Assembly (NCBI RefSeq): GCF_006345805.1
Contig: NC_043011.1
Span: 40,994,464-41,058,463 of the forward strand
DNA length: 64,000 nt
Direction of reading: 5' to 3'
Source: Octopus sinensis
Taxonomy: Eukaryota
The translations under genes and the position numbers were made by a program. Below, piece after piece: positions 39,649 through 53,240 of this stretch. Position 1 is the stretch's first letter, and every line of letters starts with the position of its first letter. A model generated the notes under the pieces. The model had not been told where the DNA came from and ran no database searches. It worked only from the letters and a program-made list of their open reading frames with translations.

Positions 39649-40165
39649 TATTTAGCCACACAAGGCCGAACACATGGGGACAAAATACAATGTAGAGCTT
39701 TTCTTTTCGAAAATAGAAGAAAAGGAGAAAAGTAAAATTCCGATCAAACGGAATCGGGAAAAAAAAAACGATCAAAAGGGATCGTGTACCACAGAAAATA
39801 TTAAAAATGTAAAAAGCAAGATTAGATTTATCCGTGGAAAGAAAAGCCTACGGAAAAGACCACAGTAACCTCAGGCGGGGAGGGAATAAACACATGAGAG
39901 CAAAGTGCTCTCTCTCTTTTTTCGATTTACAGGACCATGCTCAAAGTGGTTTCGTCACCCGCACGCACCATCTTTGCTACATTCACCCACCTTTTTTTGA
40001 AACTTTTACGAGACAAAACCTGCCTCTCCATTCTCACCCTCCTTTTCAAGTGGTACTTGAAAAAGTTGATGAGCGATTGGCCAGAAAGGTAAGTGTTTGT
40101 CTCTAATCCTTTTACTCGAGTCCACCACACACATTCTATCACCATGGCCACCAGTACGATGAAGA
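39649..40165 (-). mobile_element. Tx1-like copy 2, short 3' fragment
   Basis: ORF2 C-terminus LINFFKYHLKRRVRMERQVLSRKSFKKRWVNVAKMV and 3' UTR homologous to copy 1; the 5' end meets (GATA)n at 40170 and the 3' end runs into the gap. Confidence 0.85.
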
Positions 40166-40235
40166 GGGGTAGATAGATAGATAGATAGATAGATTAGTTG
40201 AGAGGGAGAGAGACATATAGTTAGATAGACAGATA

Positions 40236-43200
40236 TGTTTCTTTATTGGGCGCACTGGGCTGAACACAGAGGGGACAAAATACGGAGTAGAGCTTTTCTT
40301 TTTGGGAAGAAGGAAAAAAGAAAAGGGGTATAATTTCGATCAAAGGGGATTGTGAAAAAAAAGGCTGATCAATAGGGATCGTGTATCACAGAAATATCAC
40401 AATGCAAAAGGGGAAACAGATTAGGTTTATCCGTGGAAAGAAAAGCCTACAGAAAAGACCACGGTAACCTTGAGCAATAATGTCATGCAAAAAAACACAT
40501 TACAGTAAGTCACTCTCTTTTTACCTTTCTTGTTTTTGGTTCATAGGATTATGCTCAAGGTGGTTCATTCATGTCATCTCTGCCTTCTCCTTCGACATTC
40601 ACCCAATCTTTTTGAAACATTCCCTAGACAAAACTTCCCTCTCTACTCTCATCTTCCTCAAGTGATACTTGAAGAAGTTGATGAGAGATTCACCAGAGAG
40701 GAAAATGTTTGTCTCCAATCCTTTCAGACGCGTCCACCATACACATTCTTTCGCCATAGCCACAAGTACGATGAAAATGTCACTTCCTTCCTGTTTGAAG
40801 GAAGGAGGCACGACAATATTCACGATAGACTCGGTTGATAAACCGACTCGTCCCACACGCGATAGCAGTCTTTCAACATAGGCCCACAGGTCGGAAATGG
40901 TTGGACACTGCATGAACGCGTACAGAACAGTTTCATCACTCTGACCGCATCACGGGCAAGTCGGCCCCGTGTTTCTTGAGCCATACCTGTAGAGCTTATC
41001 CCAAACGGGTATCGCTTCTCGATAGCACTGCCAGGCCAGGGATCTCTGGAAGCTGTCCATAGGTCCCGGCCCGAAATTCGTTTTGAACAGGCGTGTCAGG
41101 TATTCCTCGTCGACGCCCAGGTTCGCCCCAAGATCGTCGTCGTACTTCCCCTCCACTAATCTCCTATAGAATGCTTTGGTTGTGTTGAAGTCGCTCAAGG
41201 TTGACCCGGGACGGCATAGTTGCTCGCGGTGCCATTCGCCCTTCCTCGGCCTCTTTTTGATCCACGACTACAGTTCGGTCATGGAGACGAGCTGCAGTAA
41301 AGCGTGCCTCACAATCGTCGATCACACCTGTTCACCATCGTCCACGTAGAGCCGGAGATGTCGCAGTCTCAGCGCGTGTCTGCACATCATCAACCACGAC
41401 AAGTCCAGCCCTCCTTTTAACGGGTGTTGGCAGCAAACGGATGGCTTGACCATCGGAACGCATCTTTTCTACTAGAAGCGGAAGAGAATGCATTCCAGTT
41501 TGGTGATGGCAGGGACGGGACAAGGCACATCAATCAGGCGGTAGTAGATGACGGACGCAAAGTACGTGTTCCCCACCTCCGCCCGACGTTTTAGTGACAG
41601 CTTCCTCACGGCTCATAGCCGGGTGGAAGTGACCACCCTACTCTTATTCTCGTTCCAGTTCTTCGTTTTGAGGTTCGGACAAAACCAGACCTCATGCAAT
41701 TGGACCGGACCGTCGGTCGAGCGTCCCACAACAGAGGCGCTGGTGGACGGCATGGGCTTGCTTCGGAAAATGGGACCGAAATCAGACGCCATGAGAACAG
41801 TATCGTTGGTCTACTCCATCGAAAGCTTTGTATTGATCCAAATTGATCAGGATCCCGCCCATGCCATGTTCCTTGACTACCCTGTCTACGATGTAGCGCA
41901 TCTGATGGAGGTTGTCATGGGTGCTCCGACCTGGCACGGCGCATGTTTGCGCCGGTTTCTCGACCGGTTTCTCGATGACAAGCGCCAACCTCTTGGCTAA
42001 CACCTTTGCCAAAATTTTCAAATCTGAATTGAGTAAAATGATGGGCCTAACGTTATCTATTGCGTCCCTCTTGTTTGGAACTGTCTTCAGCAGCGTTACG
42101 GCTCCTCAGCTCATAAAACCGGGGATGCTCCCGTTTTGCTGCCAGTTGCAGTACACTGCTGCCAAGACGTCTCCAAACAAGTCTGGCATACAACTCTAAA
42201 GCTCCTAGGGTAAACTATCCAAACCCGGCGATTTGTCCCTCGAGCATTCTGCCATCGCGTCCTGCACTTCCACCGCCGTGATGGCACCTTCGCAGCGCTC
42301 TACCTCTCTTGTCGAGAGTCGTGGAAGGCTGTGCAGGTAGGCACTGAAGTCCACCATGCGTTCTCGCTCGCCACTTGTCCCGAACAGTCGGGCAAAATGC
42401 TGTTGAAAGGCCTCACACATTTTACTTGGCTCCAGTAATTCGCGCCCCTGTTCATCTACCAGGGACAGAATAGTGGCTTTGTTACCCTGTTGCGCATCTG
42501 CCACACGGGCCTCTCGCGTGGCTCGAATACCTTCGTTCCTTAGAGCACGCATCCTAGCCCTGACAACAAACCCTTCGTGTTTGGCGTTGAAGTGTGGGTT
42601 GAGGGTCATCTTCGCCACCGAAACGTCGGATACGATGCCACTTCTAATCGCCTCTTCTAGCTTCTTAACTAACTCACCCTCTACTCTGTCTCTATCTATG
42701 GCTAGTGCTTTGCTATACCTAATCGCGTCTGCTTTTATTGCACTCTTGAGGGAAAACCATCATTTGTTGCTGATGATGGCTCCCGTCAAAGCCCTCTTTA
42801 CAAGCGTGCTAAACCGGTCTCTGAAAACCTGTCTCGACGTGATAGACGCGTTTAGTTTCCAGTAAGCGGGACCCTGCCTATGTGTCTTATCTAAGTCTAG
42901 CGTACACGTCACAATTTTGTGATCTGTGTAGCTGACTATGTGGAATTGTGAACACCCTACGCTATCTCTATATACTGTCCTACACAGTATCCTATCTAGA
43001 TGCGAACTCGACAACCTGATTCGGTTTCTCCATGTCCACGTTGGCGAATTCGGGTGGTCGATACATATGTGTCAGATAGTTAAAAGCATCTGAGCATGTT
43101 TCTGAGGCATTTGCCTCTCCGTATATTCCTATCTCTGCCCACGTAGTCTAGATGCGTGTCCAAGGTAGCATTCGAATCCCCCACTAAAAGTAAAGGAGGA

Positions 43201-43523
43201 AACGTCCAAAGAATACTTCTACACGTCGAAAGAAATCCGGCCGACCTGTTAAAGGCGGTGCATAGACAGATACGAGTCGAAAAGCGCACCCATTGCTGCC
43301 GTCGACATCTAGGACAACCAGTCTACCCTCCGGGTCTACGAATGTTGTCTTTACTTCGAGATCCAGACTCTTCCGAAAGAGTACCGCGGTGCCACTACCG
43401 CCTATTTTCGGCAGACAGGGAGAAAAATATATGTTAAACTGTCCGCCAAACATGGACTTTAGGGACCGTGGATTATGGAGTCTGGTCTCACGTATGGCTA
43501 TGATTTCTAATTCATGCGATTTT
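40236..43523 (-). mobile_element. Tx1-like copy 3, 5'-truncated within the endonuclease, with internal deletions
   Basis: APE (KSHELEIIAIRETRL...YFSPCLPKIGGSGTAVLF), RT (KILAKVLAKRL...DQYKAFDGVD) and zinc finger (TGPTCP); GATA-type repeats at both ends. Confidence 0.9.
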
Positions 43524-43547
43524 AGATAGATAGATAGATAGATAGAT

Positions 43548-43582
<35 letters not shown>

Positions 43583-43599
43583 AGAGAGAGGAGAGAGAG

Positions 43600-43664
<65 letters not shown>

Positions 43665-43699
43665 TATGTATGGGCAGAGACCCATGTGCTTTTCTCCTG

Positions 43700-44740
43700 A
43701 TTTTCCTTTCTTTCCTCCTTTTCCCATTCTCTCGTCCTTCTTCCATATTCGATGAAGTGCCATGATCGAAATGTCATGCTTCAACTTGTAATTTTCCATC
43801 TTAACAAACATCAAACTACAAGCTGACCGATCCTACACTCACCGGTTGTGATTTCACTTCCACAACCGCTGCGCATGTCAATCCAGTTCATAAAAATTAT
43901 CAAAAGGATAGGTGACAATACGCACCCCTGCCAATGTCAAAAAACCAACCTTCAAAAGGTTTCGACTTAGCATCATGTACCCTGACACAGACATCTAGGC
44001 ATTCGTATAGGGACTTCACGGCAAAATGTTGTCCATTAATCTCAAACTCCTGCAAAATCTTCCACAGCATCTCCCACAGTCATATGCTTTTCGAGGTCTA
44101 CAAAGCAAGCGTACACCCCTTGACAGTATTCTCACAAGTTCTTGAAGATCTGCCGCTGAGTGAATATCTGGTCGGTTGAGCTGCGCCCGAAACGAAAGCC
44201 ACACTGTTCTTCAACTAGCTTGTGTTCAGCAATATACCTACATCTCTTTTAACAAACATCTAGCGTACTGGGGTGGGGGGAGGAGGCTCTACAAAGACGT
44301 TCCTCTATAAATAAAGCACTCATTCTTATCTCCCTTTTCAAAAATTGGGATTATCGCCCCAGGTCGCCAATGCTTTGGTGTCTTTCTAAAGATCTAAGAC
44401 ACCAGATTTAAAGCTGCTTTTAACATCTCAGGCTGCATTTCATCCTCTCCAGCGGCCGTACCATATTTGAGCGTTTTAATCGCATCTATGACTTCAGCCT
44501 AGGTGAGATTAGCCTTCGCCCTTAGATGAACTTCGTGACAGCCGGAAGATTTTATTATGAGTGGATTTAGACCAGCAAAGAATGAAGAACATCAGCCGAG
44601 TTCTTAATACCTGGTGTTCTTAACAGTAGAGCTTCTTGTTATGGAGTTGGTGGACGACCTGCCTAACTAATTTCAGAGTTCAGCTTAGCTCAAAAGTCCT
44701 TTCATGGGGACTTGGGTGTTTTACAATCTCTGCTGCAACG
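43700..44740 (-). mobile_element. RTE-clade LINE reverse-transcriptase fragment
   Basis: AEVIDAIKTLKYGTAAGEDEMQPEMLKA...IIPIFEKGDK...EEQCGFRFGRSSTDQIFT...YACFVDLEK...QGCVLSPILF. Confidence 0.8.
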
Positions 44741-44830
44741 TTTAGGCCTCAATGTACCGCATGTGCAAAGACCCTGTGCACCCGCACGAGAAACGCAGAG
44801 TAGCAAATGAATGACTCGACTAATATACGC

Positions 44831-44899
<69 letters not shown>

Positions 44900-45083
44900 C
44901 TTAGATTTCCCTTGGCGGGCTGGCCATATCGGAGCAATCTCAAGATTAATCAGCCGAAATTGCTAAGATGATCTGGTTCTTGACTGATGACTGAGGGCTT
45001 CGAATGTCCCGTCCTGTGGTTCTTGTGTCGTCTCTGTGGTGTTTCATGTTCTTGTCCATGTCTGTAATTATTTTTACTGTTTA

Positions 45084-45124
<41 letters not shown>

Positions 45125-45584
45125 GAATTTCAAAAAATGGGATAAGAACGCAAAACATCGAGACAGATGATACAAAAAAAAAGGGACAAGAAAAACAAGA
45201 ACGGGTCATTCGGAATTTTCTTTCGTCAGTCGAGTTCCAGATTGTCTTTGCAATGTCGGATGGTTATACTCAAGATCTGACCAGCACCAAGGAAAAACTA
45301 AGCTAAGAGTACAAGATTCCTTAGAAGAAAGCAGCGGATGTATACGAAAACAAGGACAGAAAGAAGTGGAGAAATGGTACACAAATACAAATGCATATAT
45401 ATATATATACATTGATAGTTAGATAGACGTCTTGACGTGATAAGAATTTTATAAGCTTTCGAGAAAAAATGACACAATATTTTGGGGGAATAAAGGTTCT
45501 CGAAGAACATCACATACAACTATAAAAATAGTATGTAGATAGATATTAGGTTGAAAAAACCTTTAGGATAGGAAAAGTCGAAAG

Positions 45585-45655
45585 TTGCCTGTTGATTTCG
45601 AACTCGTGTCTCTTTTAGACGTGGCAGACGTTCTACCATTGGACCAATGAAAACC
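45585..45655 (-). pseudogene. Degenerate tRNA-like sequence (tRNA-Gly-like pseudogene or SINE head)
   Basis: TTGGTCCAATGGTAGAACGTCTGCCACG...GAGTTCGAAATC: A/B boxes and a CTGCCAC anticodon-loop-like segment; acceptor stem not intact. Confidence 0.3.
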
Positions 45656-46789
45656 ACATGAATCGATCCACTGTAGGAACTTTATTCTTATCAGCGCTTC
45701 GGACGTTGCTGTTTTCCATAATTTATTCATAGAAAACATCTCTGTGATGTACCCACCGTTTCTACCCCACGGAATATCATCAAGAAAAGATAAATCAGTT
45801 CCACTTTGTAAAACATAACAACAAACTTTTATGTGTTCTCGTTGCTATGATACTCTCGATAACGAATCTTTTTTATTAGAGGGGGTTTTTTGTAATGGTT
45901 TTAGGTGTTTTGGGGGGTTCGTTTGTATGGGGATTTTCGTTTACTTGTTTATCTTTCGCCTTGTTTTTATTTGTTTCGTAAAGTTAAGTAGATTTATCTT
46001 TTCCTGGTGCTATCAAAATGGTTTCAAATGATGGGCATTTTGTAACGTGGTACATGTCCTGTACTCGTATATGCATGTATATATTATGAGTAGGTATGTA
46101 CATATATGTATGTATATATGAATATTATTATGTATTTTTACATTATATTATATTATATTATATTATATATATATATTATATATATAGTATAATATATATA
46201 TATAATTTATAATAATATATATATATATATATATATAGTTTTGTAATGTATAGTAGACGTTGAAGACATCGCTAATTGTTACTCCGAATATTGTGAAATT
46301 GATCTTAGGGCGGAAGATCTGAAATTAGAACTCCAGACCAATCCTGAAATATCCATTTTACATAAACCAACACACCACTTCACCTACGCCATATAAATAT
46401 ATGTATGTGTGTGCGTAGCAGTGTGGTCTATGAGTGTATCTCTCTTTCTCTGTCTCTCACTCTGTCTGTCTCTCTCTCTCTACATACACACGCACATATA
46501 TGTGTGTGTGTGTGTATCTATGTATTTATGCATTTATATATACAACACACAGGGCACACCACACATACATACACACACATTATCTCGCATTTTCAGGATG
46601 CTACAGAATTTAAGTGCATACAAACAGAAAAATATATTTGAGTAAACATTTAATATACGAAAAAAAAGTTATAGACGCTTCGATATTTGAACGTAATATG
46701 TATTAATGTATGCATACATATGTAAGTACAGATATATATATATATATATATAATATATATATATATATATTATATATATATAGATATAT

Positions 46790-46820
<31 letters not shown>

Positions 46821-47058
46821 TTATAAATACATATTTAATTATTGATATATATATATATATTTATTATATATATATATATATTTATATATATAATATATTT
46901 TATATATATATGTGTGTGTGTGGTGTGTGTATGTGTTGATGTGTGTCATTGTTTCTGCCATAAAAGCTTGACAAAATATCTACATCGCTTGTTTATATAC
47001 AAATAAACAGTTGCGTGCACATTTGTGTGTGTGTATATATATATAATATATATATATA

Positions 47059-47100
<42 letters not shown>

Positions 47101-47541
47101 TTATACATATATATATATACATATATATACATATATATACACACACATATATACATATATATAATATGTTATATATAGATATATACAGATATAGGTATGT
47201 ATATAAACATATATACATACATACTTGCGTGTGATTGCAGGTATTAGTGTGAAAGTGTGTGTGTGTGTGTGTGTGTGAAGGTATGAAAACGTCATCAGCA
47301 AATTCGACGTAATTACAAATAACTATAAAAAAATATATAAAATGAATAAAATACAAATATAATATTAAAAATATTTCCTAATAAAACAACTTTAAATTTT
47401 CATATTTCTTATTTTATTTTCTATAAAATTGGTGAAAATAAATTAGAATCTACCTCACAGATGTCACCTCGAATATACCTATACTAAAAGACACGGTATG
47501 TCACCTTAATACATACATACATACATATATAATATGTAATG

Positions 47542-47612
<71 letters not shown>

Positions 47613-47878
47613 TACATACATACATACATATACCATATATATATATATATACATACAAATATATGTATGTATGCATGTATGTGTGGTATTATATATATAT
47701 ATATATAGATATATATATCATGAGAGACTTAGATGATTAGATATAAAGATAGTTATTTTTCCTGATAAGTGGATGCACGTCCATTTATAGATATTTACAC
47801 AGACACACACACACATATATATTCATATATATATACACCTATGTACATACATAATCTAGATATATAATATATATATAG

Positions 47879-47913
<35 letters not shown>

Positions 47914-48174
47914 TGGTGTGCGGGTGTGATAAACCATTTACTTTTCTCTGCAATAATTCTTTCTTTCAAGTAATTATCTTAGAATTACAAAAAAAGTAAC
48001 TAATTTTATATACACTACTCATTTAAAAATTTCATTTATTAAAAATCTTGGTTAAAAAACTGAAATCATCATCATCATCATCATTACTATTAGTTTTTGC
48101 TGCTGTTATAAAATTATTAATTTGGCATATTACTATTTTTGCCACTCCAGCAATCTTCAATAATAATAATTTCT

Positions 48175-48343
48175 AATTTTGACACAAGGCCAGTAATTTT
48201 AGGGGCGGGGTCTAGTCGATTACGCCACTGAAAGGATGAAAGGCAAAGTCGACCTTAGTAGAATTTGAACTCAGAACGTAGCGGTAGACGAAATGCAGCT
48301 AAGTATTTTTACCGGCGTGCTAACGTTTTTGCCAGCTCGCCGA
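48175..48343 (-). mobile_element. SINE family B, partial
   Basis: AAAGGATGAAAGGCAAAGTCGACC...GCCAGCTCGCCG. Confidence 0.75.
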
Positions 48344-48344
48344 T

Positions 48345-48439
<95 letters not shown>

Positions 48440-48440
<1 letters not shown>

Positions 48441-48817
48441 GCCAGACATAGTGTTAATTGAGAAAGAGAACCAACTATGTTGGATCATAGATATAGCATG
48501 ACAACTGGGTATTCGATAAGGAAGAAAGAAAAGTCGTAGATATGATAGATTAGGTTGGGAGGTTAAGTAGTTGTGATCGATGAAAAAGGTGGTAGTAGTA
48601 CCAATAATTGTCGGAGCCCTGGGGACAGTGAGTAAAAAAATCTTGAGAATTACATGGAACAAATAGGGGCTGCAATAAGGGTGGAGCACTTGCAGAAAAC
48701 AGCACTGCTTGGAACCGCTCGAATACTCCGGATGGTGCTTGAAAACTAAGAGATGTTACCTGGTAGTGAACAGCAGACACTGTTGTACATCTCCAGCGTT
48801 AGAAGCTGTGCAAAGGC
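48440..48817 (+). mobile_element. R4/Dong-type RLE retrotransposon 3' fragment (subfamily 1) in (TAA)n
   Basis: PDIVLIEKENQLCWIIDIA...VPIIVGALGTVSK.LENYMEQIG...HLQKTALLGTARILRMVLEN*; (AAT)n on both sides. Confidence 0.85.
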
Positions 48818-48818
48818 A

Positions 48819-48875
<57 letters not shown>

Positions 48876-49489
48876 GTCCAGTCCTGGCTAAGACGGAATA
48901 TATTCACAGACATGACAGAGTTGGAATCTACACACACTGGAAGCTATGCCAACATTATGGAATAACAACAGAAAAAAGATGGTATAGGCACACACCAGAA
49001 AAGGTCACAGAAAACGAGAAAGCAACCATACTCTGGGATATGCCGATACACACAGATAGAGAAATTAAGGCCAACATACCAGATATAGTTGTCAGAGATC
49101 ATAAAGAAAAAAAAAATGCTTTCTAATTGATGTACCAATACCGGCAGATGACAACGTGTCTCTAAAAGAAATGGAGAAACCTTCAAAATACAAAGACCTG
49201 GAAATAGAGGTAACCAGAATGAGGAATCTAAAAACAGAAACAATTCCTATCATAGTAGGTGCATTAGACATGATAAGAAAATATTCAGACAAGTACATAA
49301 CAAAAACACCAGGACTTACAAACACATATAACATACAGAAAATTGCACAACTAGGCACTGCCCACGTCCTACGCAGAACACTTTCCATACAATAACCATC
49401 AGAGCATCGCAACAAATCACAGCACAAACATAAGTCACACAGAGCTGCGCTCGGTAGTGAAGTGAAAGCACGCTATAAAAATAAAACTA

Positions 49490-49492
<3 letters not shown>
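48876..49492 (+). mobile_element. R4/Dong-type RLE retrotransposon 3' fragment (subfamily 2) in (TAA)n
   Basis: PVLAKTEYIHRHDRV...HWKLC...ILWDMPIHTDREIKANIPDIVVRD...LIDVPIPADDNVSLKEMEKPSKYKDLEIE...GTAHVLRR, a PD-(D/E)xK-type RLE domain. Confidence 0.9.
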
Positions 49493-49560
<68 letters not shown>

Positions 49561-49591
49561 CAACAGCAGTAGTAATAATAATAATAATAAC

Positions 49592-49625
<34 letters not shown>

Positions 49626-49655
49626 TAATAATAATATAATAATAATAATAATAAT

Positions 49656-50033
49656 AGCCATAGTCTTAATTGAGAAAGAGAACAAACTATGCTGGATCAT
49701 AGATATAGCATGCGCAGCTGACAACATGGTATTCGATAAAAGTCATAGATATGACAGATTAGGTTGGGAGGTTAAGCAGGTGTGGTCGATGAAAAAGGTG
49801 GTAGTAGTACCAATAACTGTCGGAGCCTTGAGGACAGTGAGTAAAAATCTTGAGAATTACATGGAATAAATAGGGGCTGCAATAAGAGTGGAGCATTTGC
49901 AGAAACCAGCACTGCTTGGAACCGCTCGAATACTCCGGATGGTGCTCGAAAACTAAGAGATGTTACCTTAGTTCACTGGTAGTGAACAGCTTACACCGAA
50001 GCACATCTCCAGTGTTAGAAGCTGTGCAAAGGC
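49656..50033 (+). mobile_element. R4/Dong-type fragment, subfamily 1, second copy
   Basis: Homologous to 48440-48817 with the same start and end; (AAT)n flanks. Confidence 0.85.
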
Positions 50034-50054
50034 AATAATAATAATAATAATAAT

Positions 50055-50112
<58 letters not shown>

Positions 50113-50300
50113 CCTTTCTTGTGTAGGCACAAGGCCTGAAATTCGGGGGTGCCGTTCTGATGTATTTTGTCCGTTGTTCCAACTATTCTGGCAATCTACC
50201 GCTTCCTGTCTTCCGCCCTTACTAATTTCTACAATCAGCGCAAGGTCACACGTTTAGGAGGGATAACAGTGCAGACAATTTAATTTACCCCAGTACTTAA

Positions 50301-50380
<80 letters not shown>

Positions 50381-51047
50381 CTATCTCTCTCTCTGTCTAT
50401 TTCCCTATCTCCAGCTCTCTTTTCTGTGCCATGTCTACAAGTGTCAGCGATCATGGACATTGACATCGAAGTCTGAAAATTCTTGAGTTTCCTTGGGAAA
50501 AATACCGCATTGGTTTTCTATTTCCTTCTGTCTGATTATTCAGAGCTTAATCTGCTTGACCCTTGCTCTCCAGAACAAACTCTTCTGGCACTAAGCTTAT
50601 TTAATCTTTGACAGAGGAATTAGTTCGTGGCACTTGGGTCATATATTCACAGTGATGGATCTGCGTGACACATTGTCTAAGGAGCCAACCTGTATACCGT
50701 CGCCGCAGAGTCACCTTATATTATTTGACCCATTACTGTGAACCCATGGTGTGGCACAGTGTACTTGGGCCAAAAGAGTGATTGGCCCGAGTAGGAACAT
50801 TTCAAAAGAAAAAGAACTGAAATAGTGATAGTAAAATTTTAAAATAGTGCACCCCACTCCGCAATTTTTTGCCTCATCACAGCGCGCTGGCAACCTGCGC
50901 TGCACTACTGGGACCCTGATAAGTAATATCATCCTGTAGCAGTACTGACTCGGGAGTGATACTAGATAATGAGTAATTACATACTCTCCCAAATCTTAAT
51001 TCGCTATGGCTATATATTCCCTATGGTCACATAAAGAAACAAATGTG

Positions 51048-51345
51048 GTCTGATCAATAAGTATCCGGACTGTTGCCATAGTAACGAAGCTAAGGCACAC
51101 TAAATGATGCTGCTTGGCACAGATTGACCTTCAGCTCTGCTGCACATGAATACTAAGTGTTAATGTTCTACATCACTTCCGCTGTTTACAGTAGAGCTTG
51201 GAAGTAACGTGTGTAGGGTATGTTCGTCGCATTGACTATGACAGAGAAAGCGGAGCAAGGAATCTGCATCAAATTTTGCCAAAAGCTTGGCGTATCCTGC
51301 TCAAAGGCTTACGCAAAGTTTTCAAAAAGTTTTCATCATTATCGA
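51048..51345 (+). mobile_element. Mariner 5' end (TIR-like GTCTGATCAATAAGTATCCGGAC + transposase start)
   Basis: MTEKAEQGICIKFCQKLG... Confidence 0.75.
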
Positions 51346-51870
51346 CACAATTAAGGAGGTCTTGTGCAATTGAAACTCAAGTGTCTTTTTGGTCAGCTTT
51401 GGCACAAAGTTGTAAAATCGCGTCTCGTACCCAAATCTTCAGTGACAATGGACTGAACTGAACCGTAACTAATCTACAGATCTGATAACTCACAGATGGT
51501 GATTCGACGATTTCGTATCACAGCTGCGAGCATATCTGCGATGTTTTTCTCAGTTCTGCTAGTTGCGGGTCTCCCAGAACATTCATCAAAATCGACATTT
51601 TTCGGCGATCTTCGAAACGTGTGAACCACTCGTACACTTGTGTACGGCTCATACACTCCTCTCCATACGCTTTCTGCAACTTTGCATAGGCCTCCGAGCA
51701 AGTATCACCATGGCAACTTTCTCTGTCATGGTCAATGCGAGGATCACACTTTACACACGTTACTTCCAAACACTGCTGTAAACAGTGGAAGAGAGGCAGA
51801 ACGTTAAAACTTAGTGCGCATGCTCAGCAGAGTTCAAGGTCAATCTGTGCCATACGGATTTACTCTGCGT
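51345..51870 (-). mobile_element. Mariner 5' half, same family, inverted relative to the preceding piece
   Basis: CSEAYAKLQKAYGEECMSRTQVYEWF.RF...SGRPATSRTEKNI...NRRITI...VTEDLG.RR. Confidence 0.8.
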
Positions 51871-51899
51871 GCTTGTATCTTTGATACAATTTTTTGGCG

Positions 51900-52042
51900 G
51901 GGTGTAAAGAGGGAAATAACCCTCATCTGCAATTTTGAGGAAATCCGAAACATAGATATTCCAGTTCATTAGAGAAAAATAACAGAAAAGTCTAATTCTT
52001 CAATTGTATGTAACACGGGCAACGCCGGGTATCTCTGCTAGT
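51900..52042 (+). mobile_element. Helitron 3' terminus
   Basis: GC-rich hairpin CACGGGCAACGCCGGG followed a few bases later by CTAG and T (52038-52042). Confidence 0.55.
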
Positions 52043-52377
52043 ATACATATATATACATTTATAAATAAGGATAATATCAATATTTAAATATCGATATTAT
52101 CAAGTGGCCAGCATGGGAATAAATTCCATACAAAGGTAATAATTTTTTTACAACTATAAATAAGGGTGTCTGAGAGACACCACCATGCCGAGATAGCAGT
52201 CAAATCCCTGACTCTAAAAACCACCTTAAATGTTCATATCGCATCATGAGATAAGACAGAGGGACAAAATAAACTAGCAAAAAGATATTACTGGATAATT
52301 CAAGATCCTGGATTTCTAGCTTTGCTTCAAATAAGCTCTGCCTTCATCAGTTGAATATATCAGATGGGCACATAAAT

Positions 52378-52422
<45 letters not shown>

Positions 52423-52424
52423 AT

Positions 52425-52650
52425 ATACAGAACACACGTTATACTTACATATACGAACGTACATACATACATATATATGCACGTATGTACAAGGCCAGTT
52501 CAAATTGCCCGCCAACCATCTCATAAGCACGATATGGTCAAAATAAACACCGCAGTGAATATAGTGACGAATTATATAAATATTGTACATACGTGCATAT
52601 ATATGTAGGTATGGACGTTCGTATATGTGAGTATAACGTGTGTTCTGTAT
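52425..52650. mobile_element. Foldback element with inverted arms of about 68 bp in (TA)n
   Basis: Arms 52425-52492 and 52583-52650 with about 3 mismatches; both strands give the same peptide in the ORF track. Confidence 0.75.
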
Positions 52651-53240
52651 GTATATATATATATATATATATTTATTGGACACCCTGCGGGATGGAAAAC
52701 AAAACCCGTCAAAGGGCGGAGGAACTCTTGAGAGTCAACGGCCATCCAATAAATGTGTAATTTTTTTTTCTTAAGGCTTAATGCTGTTATCATGCGCGGG
52801 GACATAGAAATAATCGGCCTGAATACCCGATCGCGCGGTTAAACCATTGGGAGTGAAGGACTCCTATCCTTTGTTAGGGCATCCTTCTAGAAGAAGGTAA
52901 CTCAGGTAACTGGGATAACTCCGACATAAAACCTGCGACTCAGTGATTACCGTTGATGTTGACTTGTTCTTCTTTTCGGATAATGGCTGCTGTTGCTTAG
53001 TGAGTGGGATTGACTCAGTGCACAGCCTTTCCTCACTTTAAAAATCTTCTTGCACAGGAATTGCACGATAACAACATTGTTCATGATTGTTGATGGTGCT
53101 GTGAGTCTCAACTGAATGGCTGGCTGTAGCCTTAAAAAGCAAATAAAAGTCACATTCGATCACAGCACCAATAACAGTTAAGCTTCGTGCAATGGCCATA
53201 CTCGATAACGAGGGGGCAGCCATCATATATATATTTGTAT

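Noticed and set aside
44980-45015. CTGATGA...CGAATGTC as a hammerhead
   Set aside because: GAAT instead of GAAA, weak helix II, no helix I pairing.
50690-50830. Tc1-like WCG...WAKRVIGP motif
   Set aside because: Too short and frameshifted, with no TIR or other catalytic motifs to support a call.
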